From Craspedostauros australis (Eukaryota), in contig JALAGF010006090.1 in NCBI GenBank assembly GCA_030167865.1, positions 1 to 64,000 of the forward strand: 64,000 nucleotides of DNA. The letters are read 5' to 3'. Every line of letters starts with the position of its first letter. Within the stretch, counting starts at the first letter, position 1. Below, in pieces: positions 25,172 to 38,265 of this stretch. The position numbers were made by a program, and so were the translations under genes. Under the pieces are notes generated by a model that did not search any database, was not told the DNA's origin, and worked only from the letters and a program-made list of their open reading frames with translations.

Positions 25172-26305
25172 GATGCTGATTTACTGGTAGAGTTGGTGGA
25201 GTTGAGTTGGGTATGGAGTGCTTGGAGACGGTTGTCTGTTGCTTCGCTTGTTGCTGCCGCTGTCGCTGATGATTGTTCGGAACAATGGAACGGAAGGTAT
25301 AATAGTTGAGGGGTACAAGTTGGTACAAGTACAGTACTTTATGTATGTGTGATAGTAGTACTTGTGGTGATTGAGGTTGTGGTTGTTGGTGCGGCTGTTG
25401 ACGTGGATGTGGAGTCGGGAAGTTGCCGAGAGCGTCGGTATCGTTGGAACTGAGCAAAGACGAGCGACTGTGTGTGGCGAAGAAACAAAGAAACGATGAA
25501 AGGATCCTCCGCCGAGAGCTGTCCGTTTCACCTGTATCCGATCCGATTCGTTCCAAATCGGAAGGATGACGTGCGGTTGGAGCGATAGGTGGACTCGCAG
25601 CGAGCTGCGACAACAGCACAGCGCGGTTCTGTGATCGTTCGTGACGCTCACAAATTGAAGCGATGTAGTGTCATTGCGTTCTGTTGCATCATCATCACGT
25701 CATCCCATTGGCATTTCCACACCATCTCACCACAGAATTTCGCTCACCGCACTGTTTGTTGGCACGTATTTGTGTGCGTCATCGCGACATCGCGCATGGA
25801 TGGATGCCTCCAGAACCACTGAATCTGATCATCACAACAAGTTTTGAAACAGAGACGTGTTGCGCGTGGAGTTGCGATCGGCGAACAGTCGTCCGAAACG
25901 TTAAATGACGTTATTATTGACCGAGAGTGCGTCAGTGCTTCTCGTAGGTGCAACGAACGAGAACTAAACTCTTCTTTTCGAATTCTGTCCGACAAGCGTA
26001 CACACAAAGTTGTTCACGTTTGATATCTCCAATCACGAGACGGAAATGACACCAATGACGACACTCTCCTTCGAAGCCAAATCGTGGATGGACAGCACGC
26101 CGCAACATTGGTCAAATTCAGTTTCTGTCATGGTGATCACTTGGTCCACACATCAAAGAGGCATCCCTGTCGACATCCACAAGCTGAATCCCTTCCTTCC
26201 TTCCTTCATCCATCTATCCATTCATTTCTTCTTTCCTTCCTTCCATCATTGCACCATTCATTGCGCCTCTCTGCGGTTCCACTGTGTGAAAGCTCAAGGT
26301 GAAAG

Positions 26306-26868
26306 ATGGGGTTCCGCACGAATGAGCGTTCGTTGACGGAGGTTATCATCGTGAGTTCTAAAACCTGCGACTGCCCTTGCTCCGCTGCTACAAGCATGCA
26401 TGCCAGTGTGCGGTTGCTGTGCCTCGTCAACTCGTATGCAGACTTTCGTACTCACGCTCAAACTGCACTGCCAATCAAACGTAAACCCAAATACAAATAC
26501 AAACACGAACGCATGTCCCATGTGCGCACTGAAAAAGTGAACAGGCCGTCACGTTGATTTGCTTCTTGATCGGCTTCGTCACGGTCCTCTGCTTGGGCAA
26601 CTACTATCGCGCCAAACGTGCCATGGAGCGCCAACGACAACGACGGCTGGCCAAACTGTCCGGTGGCGGTGGGAACGGGGTGGTGGGATTGGAGGATTCG
26701 CCAGCGTCCACCACGGAACGGCAGAGTTTGCTCATGACGACGACCTCGTCATTTGCCAGCAGACGGCGGCCGCCCTCCACGCCGAGCCGGACCTTGATGG
26801 ATGATGAAGGGGTGGATTCTCTCTTGCTGGATGTCCATGGTGATGGCACGTCCAGCGGGGCCATGTGA
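26306..26868 (+). CDS. Small (122 aa) single-pass membrane protein; exons 26306-26350, 26545-26868
   Basis: A 15-codon ATG exon ends at GTGAGT and joins in frame at CAG|GCC. The splice builds a continuous TM helix VII|AVTLICFLIGFVTVLCLG followed by basic RAKRAMERQRQRR. Confidence 0.6.
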
Positions 26869-27877
26869 AGCTGAATTGGAGCACAGTGCATACTCTTCGA
26901 TGAACACTTTTACGCTTCGCTGCTCTGCTCTGCTCCGCACTGTCGTGGAAAGACCATATGGTCGACCGCAGGATCAGAGGTTCCAGGTGACACCGTGTCA
27001 AGCCGGGTGAAGTCATCCAAGGACATGCAAGAAGATTGAATGAAGCAAGAAGAGAGCTCCCACCTCAAGAAGCCCAGTGCGGCTTCAACCCAGATCCTTG
27101 GCGAAACACCGCGAAGTTGACAACCAAGCAGAGAGGAAGCAACCAATCGCTCTGTCATTTCTTCTCGCATGCATGAGAGTGGACCTCCTTTCGCAATCCG
27201 ACGATGTCTCGGTGCTTATGCATCTGAATCTGTATCTATATTTACGTCCACTCCGCAGCAAACGACCAGCGTTCCAGCTACTGCGCTCGTTCCAGCTATC
27301 TAGGAGAACACATGAGATCCAGCTGGCAAAGGTCACGAATGCGCCTCCCGCTGCGATTCAAGCACAGTTGACTCTCGACTATCATGTGATCCCAAGTATG
27401 GCGGCAGCCATGGTATTTCAAGACTACGCAAATGGAATGCAACCAGCAGTTGTCTTCGAACACCCTGGAAGCAAAACAACCAATTGGGATAGAACAAAGC
27501 AAGGAAATGAGGGTGAACAGGGGGCAGCAGATGGAACTGGGTTTGATGCTCTATCTCTCTCCCCCTATACCCTCGTACATCTACAAGCGGGAAATTGTTT
27601 TGCTCTGTATGCACGGCGGTATTGAATTTCCATGCAATAATCGGAACCTGACAACGGAAGCGGCACCAGTATGATGGGAATCGACCAGACTTCAGCATTT
27701 GGATCGCGCAGAAGCAATACAAGAAAAGGAAAGGGAATTCTCGGATGTGGGCTCCACGAGAACGCATCACTCTGTCAATAACAACATGTCGCGTTCCGCT
27801 CACCTTTCCAAGAACACAAGGCCTTCATGAAGCGAAAAATCCACCATACTGGCACCTGTGCTGACTGTTAGATCAAA

Positions 27878-30429
27878 TTATAGATAATTCAAATCCTTCA
27901 GTGCTTCCACCGAGATTTCCTTTCCCGCCAACTCAACGTAGGTGCTGTATGTGGGTGGCGCTGTGTCCGCCTTCGGATAGATCAGCCCACGCACGTCCAG
28001 TCCCAACCGCTTGACTTGCTCCTGCTGCGTCATGTCGATCGTTTGGAATCGCTGGAACACGTTGGCGCTCAGAATATCGGACCAGATGTAGTCGCTGTGC
28101 AACTGCGATTGCGAGAAAGACCGGAAGACGTCCAGGGAAGGCGTCAGATCCTTGGGCTTGTGGAATGGCACGAGCGTCTGTGCTAACCGCGTTTGCATGG
28201 CCATCAGAGATTCGTCACTGCGTGGGTGGAACTTGCCAGCGCCAAAGAGTTCATGTTCGAGATGTGCCAAGAAGATGTGCTCCATGAGATCCATGGACTT
28301 GTCCTGCACCTGGTTCTTACGTACGAAATGGAGCAATTCATCGGGGAAAGTGTGCTTGTCTTGGGACAGGGTTGCGAGACGCTGAACGAAGCCGTCATTC
28401 TGGAGCCAATGGAGCATGAACTGTGGTTGGCAGCAGCATGCAGATAAAATAGAGTTGAGGAGAATGGAGTGATGTGCGTACACACAAGGAATGAATAGTT
28501 GAGCGAATGAGTGGGCGAGTTGGTAAATGAGCGAAGCGGAAATATGCAATCGCAGAAACAAGTTGAAGACGTAGGTCGAGAGATAAATGCACATTGACAC
28601 GTCCATGACATCCCAATGCAAGCCATTCTTGTAACACTTCCTCTCTCTCTCTCTCTCTCTCAACAATCCCCACTCAATGCAACAATTGACATCAAAGCCG
28701 AGAAGACCGAGCCCGAATATCCCCGTGGACTCACATGACCCAAGAAGGATGATCCACCGCGTTGCAGGGGTGCCTGATGCAGATCCGCCGAGGCTTTCAT
28801 GAGAAGGAGCTGCACGGCTTGGGCCATGTGGAAGAGGACCGATCGTGCATTGTTCCAATGCAACGGTGATGGCTCGTTATCCCACGCGGGCGGTTTGGCA
28901 TCGAGAGACACAACGGCGATCGGTGCAAAATCGGTCAGCAGTCGCGAAAAGTTGGCATCCGCCTTGCCCTGTCTTTGGTAGGGATCGACGTAGAAGGATC
29001 CGAGGTATTGGTCGTTGTTGCTATCGGCCTCGCTACTCGTTTCCTTGTCAGTGTCTGTATCGTAGACATGGAACAACCGCACATCCTGATGCCAAGCATC
29101 CAACGGACCTTTCGCCTCGATGATCCGAATAGCGAAGAGACTTTCGAAGAAGTCTGTGAATCCTTTCAGGACGCCATCCATGGTGAGCAGCTGCTTGACG
29201 CTACGATTCGCCTCCCATTGCATCTTTTGGTCTTCGGTGGGGCCGGTGTCGGTGGCCTTGGACGAGGAGATGAAGGCGCCTGCTGCAACTTCAGCATTGA
29301 GCTGTTCCACCTTCGCAACGTGCGGTGCGCAGATGTCGGTGATCTGCTGCATCATGCCGAGCAAGTTCTCGTGTCCGTCCATGACGCTGGCGTAGTTCCC
29401 GATCTCCATCTGCATGTGCAGGGGGTTTTGGTATCCCAGCAGCTTGGCGTGCTTGTCGCCCAAACCAATGACGTTGTACATGTCCGAAACGGATTGCAGC
29501 TTGACCGCCTTGGATGCGTTGTCGAAGCCCGTGATGGTTTGCAAGCGCGTCATCTTTTCTTGAATCTGCTCGTTCAAGTCCGCCAGCATGATGCCATCGT
29601 CGGCACTGGTGCCATTGGATGCACCACCGCCAGTGTTAGTGTCGGGCGTACCAGAACCATCCTCACCAGGATCAGCCGCTGTCAAGTGCACGCCATTCAT
29701 TTCGAACTGACGCATGAGAGTATGTCGACGCGGTGTGTCATCGGGTGCCTCCCGCAAGGCCTGGTACACGATTTTGGAGTTCTTCTCCATGATCTTGCGA
29801 TCGAGCGCCGCCAATGCCTTGTGGTAGGACTTTTGCCAGCGTGTGTCGTTACCATCGTCGTTGGCAAGCTCCGAGTAGAGCCTTCCAATCTCGCGGATCT
29901 GATGGATGGGCGCCTCGATCGCATCGATGTGATTGGCAACGGTGGCGGCGCGCATGCCGATGGTGGACGTGATGGCAACTTCGGTGCTGGCGATGTCCAC
30001 GGCGTACTGCTTGGATGCCTCCTGCACGGCCGCATCGAGATGGTAGGGCAGGATGCGCGAGAATGGTGGCAAAGCAGCTTCGGGATCCGCCGGTGATTGG
30101 TCATCCGTGGCATTGCCATCGCTGTCTGGTTTGGCGATGAAGGGTTTGGGAACATTCTGAAGCACGGGATTCGGTGGTTGCAGACTGCCCGTTCGCACGA
30201 CGTCCTTCACCCATGAGGTGAGGCTGGACAGTCCCGACATCTCGCGCGTCTGGATCGAGCCCCAGCGATGCGAGACAATCCGACTTGTGGTTTGCTCTCC
30301 GACACGCTCTGCAGCCATTGCTGGCATTGCATTCGATCTCCGCCGGGATGCTCGTACCATGAATGAAGCATCGCGAGCACTCTTCATGCCTGCACTCCTC
30401 TGCAGGTGAATGCAGCGAGACAGCATCAT
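27878..30429 (-). CDS. Peptidase M3 (oligopeptidase A-like) homologue, probably catalytically inactive, with mitochondrial-type presequence; exons 30429-28735, 28420-27878
   Basis: M3 hallmarks: LPPFSRI, HAKLLGYQN, AWHQDVRLFHVYD, YLGSFYVDPYQRQGK, DYIWSDILSANVFQRF. The HExxH site reads FHMAQ. The N-terminus is R/S/A-rich. Phase-0 intron 28421-28734. Confidence 0.8.
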
Positions 30430-30973
30430 CTTGAATCTTTGCTGCCAGCACAGATATGACCCAACTTGCAGTCGGATGGGATGGCAGAATGAGAGGTGCG
30501 AAGTGGTGCCAATCCTCTCGGCTCTCTGCCCTGCCCATCGAGGGCGTTTCTGGCACGCAAAAGATCTGCGTTGGTCGGTGCGTTCGAACGTGAACCATTC
30601 TCTTGTTCCACGATTGATGGCTCTTGTTTCGTTTGAGTCACGATGCCGAGAGTTCGCAAACTCACACACCAGTCGTGGAATTTCAGTCACGATCTGATCT
30701 TGGCGCCACCCATTTTCGTGCGAAACAAGGCGATTTGTGTGGGTGTTTGTTTGATTCACAACATCAAAAGATGTGGGTTGATGTCCGAGCAACCATCCCA
30801 GTCTTCCAGAGTCCTCATCTCCGCACTCATTGCGACCACACAAGTGCATCTGCATGCTCCCAAGCGCACCACCAACTCAATACCATACGAGTGCTCCACA
30901 CAAGATTATCCGTGATTACCATTCTACTATCCGTGAAGACTATTATACGACGATATCGCATCAAAGCTTGACA

Positions 30974-32907
30974 ATGGAAGCATCCAAAACGCTTGCCGAT
31001 TCCCTCCTCGACGATCTTGATGATCTGTCGGATGGAGATGAGGAGGAAGAGCAGCGGCAGGCGCAGCAATCGGATGATGATGATGATGATGATGACGACG
31101 ACAGCGACAGCGGCGATAGCGATGATGGCAGTGACGACAGCGACAGCAATAGCGATGAGGACAGCGATGACGATGGATCGGCCGCAAAGGCAGCAGCAGC
31201 TAGGACGGCACTTCAGAAGCAATTCCTGCAGGCAACCAAGCTGCAGCGGCATCTGAAGAAGCTGAAGGAGGTCGTCGCTCCATCGTACGAGGAGTCCATG
31301 CCGCAGAAGGAACTGGAGAATGAGAACCACCAGCTGGTGGTCACGTCCAACAAGTTCCTCTCCTCCATCGCCGACGAGCTCTCCAACGCCCACACCGCCC
31401 TCATCAAGGCGTACGAGCCCAAGTTCCCAGAGCTGCAGGAGCTCCTGCCCAACCCCATCCAGTACAAGAACGCCGTGCGCACCATCTGGAACGAGATGGA
31501 CCTCACGCGCGTCAACGAGGAGCTCAATCAGATACTCACCAGCAACCAGAGCATCACAGTCTCCGTCGCATCCTCCACTACCTCCGGTCGAACGCTATCC
31601 AAATCAGAGCTGCAGAACGTCGATGACGCCGCCACCTACATGGAGGATCTCGTCAAGGTTCAGAGGGAGCTCACGCAATTCGTCGAGAGATCCATGCAGG
31701 CGCTGGCGCCCTCCATCTGCGCGCTCATCGGTTCTGCGACGGCCGCGCAGCTCGTCGGACTGGCCGGCGGGTTGGCCGAGTTGACCAAGATCCCGTCCTG
31801 CAACCTCCAGGTCATCGGACAGGTCAAGCAGAACAGCGCTTCGCAGGCCGGTTTCTCCGGCATTGGCACGAAGAAGCACACGGGCATCTTGGCGCAGTGC
31901 GATCTCGTGTCCAACTGCGCCAAGCCCTTTCAGAAGAAGGCGCTCAAGACGGTGGCGGCCAAGCTGGCGCTGTCGGCGCGTTTCGATTTCATCAACGTCG
32001 ATGCGGGGCGTCCGCGCACTGCTGCGACAGGGCAACAGTTTCGTCAGGAGTTGCAGAAGAAGTTCCAGAAATGGCAGGAACCCGACAAGGCGCCCACGTT
32101 GAAGGCGTTGCCAAAGTGAGTTCAGGCAACTTGGACGCTTGCTTGGACGCTTGCTTGGACGCTTGCTTGAAGGTTTGGGTGAATGCATGCTTGGATACAT
32201 GAGGGAATGATGAGAACGAGTAGATACCGAACATGGCTGGATGGATACATGCTTGCTTGCTTGCTTGGATGAATGGCTGTCGAGATCATCAGCTCTGCTC
32301 TACTCTTCTGCACGCGAGTATTTTGTCACTTTCATTCTCTTCAAACCCATGCGTGAATGCACAACAGTGCACTAACATTGCTGCCCCTTTCTCTTGCCAA
32401 TACTCTCTTGTATCCACTTATCCTTTTACTCCTCTGATTCTGTATCTGTTCTCGTTCCATCCTCTGCACGATGACAGACCCGACCTCACGGTGAAGAAAC
32501 GACGCGGCGGTAAGCGCATGCGGCGATGGAAGGAACGATTTGAGGAGACTGCCATGATGAAACAGGCCAACACCCGTGCTTTCTCTACGCAGTCCGGAGA
32601 GTACGGTGACGACGCCATGGGTTTGTCCATGGGACTGCTCGAGACCGCCGACAATGGAGGTGGCATTCGCAAGTCGGTGGAAAAGAAGAAGACGCGGCAG
32701 GCCAACACAAAGTCATCGCGCAAACGGGCCATGCAGATGGCGCAGCGGGCCAGCAATACCGACGGTCTCGCCACCAGCGTCGTCTTCTCCTCCACCACCA
32801 GCATGGAGCTCGTCAATCCCGAGGCACAGAAGGATCGTGTCAGGCAGGCCAACAAGAAGTGGTTCAGCGACAACGCAGGCTTTCAGTCAGCAAAGCGTCA
32901 GAAGTGA
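30974..32907 (+). CDS. PRP31: U4/U6.U5 tri-snRNP protein Prp31; exons 30974-32115, 32478-32907
   Basis: TLADSLLDDLDDL, NOSIC/Nop motifs (YEPKFPELQEL, AGGLAELTKIPSCNLQVIG), KALPK|PDL..KKRRGGKRMRRWKE and a C-terminal ELVNP...KWF. Phase-2 intron 32116-32477. Confidence 0.95.
32131..32168. repeat. 12-bp tandem repeat (TTGGACGCTTGC) x3 in the PRP31 intron
   Basis: Read directly from the sequence. Confidence 0.9.
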
Positions 32908-33448
32908 AACAACGACGAGGAGGAATGGACGTGCGGTGGGCTGCGCATGTATGTATTCATACTTGCGTAGTGCGTGCTTGTGTCAGAACCATGGACGTCC
33001 ATATTAACTACGCCCCGGTTGCCATGGCGTTGGAGTATGCTTGTGTATTGAGGTACAGCTATGCGGACACTCCAACTGGAACGAGCAGCATCGCCATGGG
33101 TCAAGTTTCACAGCACGGTTGCACATCTCGTTTCTGTGGAAGCAAATCATAACGTCCTCTCTCGGCGAATAGAATACTCCCAGCTCAATTGTATGGGTTG
33201 CGAACAATCATGCTACACTTCTTCAATGCAATACGAGTACTAGCCTGTTGTGAACTCAAGCGCCTGATAGCTATTCGTTTCTCGTTAGGTTTGACACTTT
33301 ACTGTTATATGACACAATGCGGGCGAGTACTCTACGAGATATGGCATGCCCGTATCCGTTCCTCGCTGTTCGAACTACGGATGTGCTACACTGCACTGTA
33401 CGATCTACTGCACTGTTCGCTCGCTACTCGCACATACCCTAACGGCGT

Positions 33449-36008
33449 TCACATGCGACCGCCTTGCAGCATCCGCTTGTTGGACTGCCGACGCAATCGC
33501 CTCATCTTGAATTCGGCTGCTGCTTTCGTCATGGTGAATTTGCCATCGATCGTCAATGGTAGCACCTTGCGTCCGTTCTTGGTGTTGACACAGAATCCTT
33601 GCACGTTGCGTGTCCACGATGGTGGAACGACCTTCATGTCCTCGACGATCTCGCAATGCGCCACGATCATGGAGGTGTAGGTGAGGGCCGGTGCGAGATC
33701 CTGCATCGTCTTCATGACCTGCTGGTCGACGAACCCATCCTGGCAGCATTTTTGGAAGATGGTCTCCAGCAGCAGGCGTCGACCACGCGTGTCGGGCAGC
33801 AGGTGGAAGCAGCATTGGATCAGGGAGCTGTAAATCAACGAGTTGGGTTGCAAGCCCATGGCTCGCAAGTCTTCCACAGCCAGCATGGCTGTTTTGAATG
33901 TCGCCGTGTTATCGTTGCTTCTGTTCCCATCGCTGTTGGTAGAGTTGACATTCCCTCTTTCCTGTGTCGGCATTGCCTGTGTTGCTGCAGTTGCTGCTGT
34001 TCTTGTTTCGGATGCACCTTTTGGAGATTGGTCGGCACTCGCACATATCTGCACATAGGCTGCGAAGGCTTCAATGATTGGCTCCGCGTTGGATTCGGAG
34101 AGTGACAGCAAGGTTTCGGCACGCGCCTTGAGCCGATCCAGAACTTGCGTCGCCTCCTGAAGTTTCGATTCGTTTCTGCTCTCTTTCCAAAAGTTGAGCA
34201 TGAGTTTGTACGATTTGCCGTCGGGAAAGAGATGGCTGTCATCAAAGTCCTCAACGTTTTCCAATGCATCCATTGCGATCTCCATGGTTTCCAGCAGCGT
34301 CATGGCACGTTCGATGATCCTGTTGCTCTTGGTTGGCATGGCCGCGAAGGCCTCAAGAACGTCGTTGTAATTGGCGGTTGTGGGAGTGATGTCGTCTTCG
34401 GTGGTTCGATAATGCGCCTGGATCATCTCTTGCAACAGCATGAAGCACCGGACAGCAGCAGCATCCGGATTGATGCAGTCTTCACCCTTGGTGACGTGCA
34501 TCCACGTCCGAATTGCGGCTGTGTACGTGGCACTATCGGGAATGAAGAATTGTTCCTTCATGGTGCTGAGGATTGCGTCAACGGCCTCTCCCGTTTGCGT
34601 GGATGCGTTGGGTCTGCGAGACATGGTGATCAAGGCATCACGGTAGCACTGCTTATCTAGACGGATCTCCGTGTTTCCTTGCTTGTACGCGTCCTCGACA
34701 ATGCCTACCAATGCGATCACCTTGGATGCGGCGTACTTGTCACTGTCGGTTGCATCGCAGTTGAAAAAATAAAGCATGGCGAAGGGGCGGTGGTACAGTA
34801 TGGTATGATAGTGCATTGCAAGTTAATGTGATGAACATAGTCGACAGTTGGTGTACAAGTATGCAAAGCATGCGATAACGAAGCCGCAGTGATCGGCTGA
34901 CCGACGATAATGTATGGTGCGCATATCTGGTGGAGCATGATCTCGTGAGCAGTCGGAACAGCAACAATGACAGCATACTGCGTTGCTGGCATGCAAATCA
35001 TCGTGCGTTGCTCTCTGCCGACACTGAGTGCACTTACTCAGCTCGCGTCCATGCTTCGAACAGGACATGATAGTCCTCCAAAGTGGGCGTCTGACTATTT
35101 CTACTCTTGCTGCTCTTGCTGACGCTGTTCTGTTCATCTGCAGCAGAACCAGCAGAACCAGCACCTGCAGTGGCAGCCGCGTCCGAACCATTGCTTGTAC
35201 CCTTCACATTCCGTCGAAACTTGTTGATCATGCGCGCAAAGTGATTCATGGCAATGTTGGAGCTGCCGCGTTCTCTGCTCCAGCACCAGGCACGGACGAT
35301 CCACTGGTAGGATAGCAGCAACGCATCATCCTTGGCAGCACCGCCGCGTTTGGTGTTTGCTTCCGGCAGCCGCCTGTAGGTCTGTTCCGCCATCGTGCCG
35401 CGCAGATGCTCTTGGCTGCATGCCCAGGCACGGATGATGTGATTGACGGCCTGTCGGTGTTTCGATGGCGACAAGGAAGACGACTGCTGCGTGAGCTCCC
35501 ACCATGACAGCAGATGTTCGGCACGTTGCGGAATACCTCTCAAGATTGTTGTCGTGGAATCCTTGGCGGCATGCGTGCGCATGGACTGGCTCAGATCCGC
35601 CCACATTTGAATCGCGGCAATGAGATCATCGGCAGATGGTGATTCGGATCCTTGCAATGCGTCCGATGCTTGATCGGCGGCGTCGTACATTTCTGAAAAC
35701 GACATCGCGGTGGACGTTGATGCGGAACCATCCATCGTGAATGATCTCGTCGTGATGGTGGGAGAGGCTGCTTGCGTCCGAACGGCAGCATCACGCCATG
35801 ATCTTGTCGATGATCGCACTGAACACATGGATCTTGAATGAGCAGCTGGCTGCATTCCTCGTCTCACATCCAGCGATGCCTCCAATGACGGCATTGCGCA
35901 TTGCGGCGGTGCAAAAGACAATCTCAGCTTTCTCATTGGTGCTACATGCATTCGGGGAGTGGCCATCGCCCTCCTTGATGCAGCAGCTCTCGAAGCGATC
36001 ATCATCAT
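33449..36008 (-). CDS. Degenerate pentatricopeptide-repeat-like protein, probably mitochondrial; exons 36008-35038, 34742-33449
   Basis: Repeated PD..tY..ai..w / PT..nYn.vL.A / PNSLIYSSLI helical motifs. Arg-rich, nearly acid-free N-terminus. A phase-2 intron (34743-35037) joins the frames. Confidence 0.75.
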
Positions 36009-36527
36009 GTTCGTTTCACTCGTTGAAGTGTAAAGTGTGAAATGTGGAGTCTGAAGTGTTGAGTCTGGAGGGTGTAATCTAAGTGCTCGTGCTGGTGCGG
36101 CGACAGGATGGGAATGTCGGTCACGATGACGACGAATGATGGTCGTGATGGCGACAAGCAAAAGATGATTGGAGTGCGTGCGCCGTGTGTGTTCGGAGAT
36201 GTTCTCGTGTTCCTTGTTGTTGAGTCGAATGGGTCAATAACTTGATTGGGTTCTGAGCCAAGCCTGCTCCCAACAACCAACCCACAAAATGAAAAGAGTT
36301 TTGCGATTTCCCTTCTTCCACCCAAACATCGTCCATCATGTTTGTGTGGTATCGTGTTTCTGTGGCATCAGCATCTCTCCTTCGTTGTTCTCGCGAATGG
36401 CAATAGGAGTTCCATCTGTTCCACTCCACGGATGCTCTACCTATCACTCGATCAATCAATCACAGCACTACCACCAACACTATCATCAACACTATCACCA
36501 ATATCCACGCAGATTCCAAGAAGAAAC

Positions 36528-37982
36528 ATGTCCGATTCCGACTCTGACGCCGGCAGCGACCAGGGAGAGCAGATCCGAGTCTCCCTGACTTTGGCGAAAT
36601 CCGTGAAGGATCGCTCGTTGGAAGTTCCATCGGAACCCATCGCCGTTCCATCCGACATTGGACGCAAGGGTCTTTCCGCCGTCATCAACCATCTGTTGGG
36701 ACGCGATGGCGGCAAGGACAGCGATGACGACAGCGATGATGATGATGCCATGAAGACGAGCGACGGCCCTGCCGCAATTCCGTTCGAATTCGTCCTGACG
36801 AGCGCCACCAACAAGCTGCTGCGGAAGGGCGTGGAGAAGGAAGCCCGGCAGCATGGGCTGTCGTTGGAACGGGCCGTGGAGATCTCCTACTTTCCGGCCG
36901 CGCTTCAACCGGAGCTGTCGGCCGACAAGGAGGAGCTGCCGGATTGGATTTCGGGTCTTTCTGTGTGCGACGATCTGCTGTTTGCGGGGTGCTACGATGG
37001 ATCGATGCACGTGTATGACATTCGAAAGGATGGTTCCGTTCACAGCGTGCTCGCAGATGCAGTGTCAACAGGTCCAGTCAAGTGCATGGACACGAAGAGG
37101 ATGGCAGGAAGAGGCAACAGATCGTCCATTTGGGTGGCTACCGCATCGTTGGCGCACACGCTGCATCTGCATCAATACGATACCACCAGCAAACAGCTGC
37201 GAATGCACGCGTTGTGCAAGCAGGAAGAACAGAGCTCGCCCATCACGAGTGTGGCCTTTGCCAGGGGCAAGCACGACATCTTTTGTAGCGGTGACACCGA
37301 TGGCAACATCTACGTTTGGGATCCCAACACCGTCGAGAACACATCCACGAAACGCGCGAAGCACAGCGATGGTTCAAAGTCATCATCGTCGTCATCGTCA
37401 TCGGCCTTCATCCAACCCAAGATTTCTCTAACTGCCGCGCACACTCAGCAGGTCAGCGGTCTGTCGTGGGGCAATAGCACGCCCGACAACACCAAGAACT
37501 TGGTCACCGGGAGCTACGATCACTCCCTGAAACTGTGGGACGTCAACCGCCAGGACTGCCTCCTCACACTGAACGGTTCGCGCGTCGTCACCTGCTTGGA
37601 TACCTCCTACTACTCCGACGGTGTCGTGGCCACTGGGCACCCTGACTGCACCATCCGGCTGTGGGATCTGCGTGTCTCAGGCAGCGATCAATCCTCCGTC
37701 ATCGTCGACAACACCTTCCGTCCCTCCCACAAGGCGTGGGTGTCGCAGGTGGCCTGGAGTCCGGCCAGTGCCTACCATCTCACCTCCACCAGCCATGATG
37801 GAACCGTCAAGCTTTGGGATATCCGTTCCTCTCTTCCTTTGCACTCGATGCGCGTCTTTGCGAAGGAGGAGAAGAGTCTCAGCCTCGGCATCTTTGACGG
37901 TAGCGGTGAGACGGGCGCGGCCAACGGCATGCTCTTTGCGGGCGGCACAGATTGCATTCTCAAGAGTCTCAAGGCTCAGTAG
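36528..37982 (+). CDS. WDR12: Ribosome biogenesis protein YTM1/WDR12 (NLE domain + WD40)
   Basis: NLE-like N-terminus (PIAVP....RKGLSAVINHLL...PFEF) then PDWISG and WD repeats (TGSYDHSLKLWD, GHPDCTIRLWDLR, SHKAWVSQVAWSP, SHDGTVKLWDIRS). Confidence 0.9.
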   Translation: MSDSDSDAGSDQGEQIRVSLTLAKSVKDRSLEVPSEPIAVPSDIGRKGLSAVINHLLGRDGGKDSDDDSDDDDAMKTSDGPAAIPFEFVLTSATNKLLRKGVEKEARQHGLSLERAVEISYFPAALQPELSADKEELPDWISGLSVCDDLLFAGCYDGSMHVYDIRKDGSVHSVLADAVSTGPVKCMDTKRMAGRGNRSSIWVATASLAHTLHLHQYDTTSKQLRMHALCKQEEQSSPITSVAFARGKHDIFCSGDTDGNIYVWDPNTVENTSTKRAKHSDGSKSSSSSSSSAFIQPKISLTAAHTQQVSGLSWGNSTPDNTKNLVTGSYDHSLKLWDVNRQDCLLTLNGSRVVTCLDTSYYSDGVVATGHPDCTIRLWDLRVSGSDQSSVIVDNTFRPSHKAWVSQVAWSPASAYHLTSTSHDGTVKLWDIRSSLPLHSMRVFAKEEKSLSLGIFDGSGETGAANGMLFAGGTDCILKSLKAQ

Positions 37983-38239
37983 GACTTGTAATTGTACTTG
38001 CATCAGTAGATCACGATAGTATCAGGTAACATCAGTGGAGTCGTTTGTTTGGTTCACTACTATGAGGCACTGCACTATTGCGTACAATGGGAATGCATAG
38101 CACAAGAGCGTTCTCTCTGGAGAAGAGAGAGAGAGAGACAAGTGCCAACATCATTCCTCCACATCGCACGAACAACAAGTCAACCACGATTTGGATGGTT
38201 TTGTGTTTAACCGTTCTTAACGATTTTTGGCGCGAACAG

Positions 38240-38265
38240 ACGTCATTGCACTGGCGTTGACGTCA
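38240..38265. promoter_or_regulatory. Paired TGACGT/CRE-like boxes upstream of the MFS gene
   Basis: ACGTCA at 38240 and TGACGTCA at 38258, about 310 bp upstream of the ATG. Confidence 0.4.

Noticed and set aside
26870..27870. ORFs of 182 aa (+) and 156 aa (-) in the gap between the microprotein and the M3 gene
   Set aside because: No domain, atypical composition and no convincing splice structure. Treated as UTR or intergenic.
30430..30855. N-terminal extensions shown in the ORF track (also for NUG1, PRP31, YTM1, MFS, SET, RAD16, CSL4)
   Set aside because: They begin at TTG/GTG or run through UTR-like microsatellite sequence. A downstream ATG fits the family or presequence start better.
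38224..38236. E2F-like TTTTGGCGCG site
   Set aside because: A single short match upstream of a transporter gene, not distinguishable from chance.
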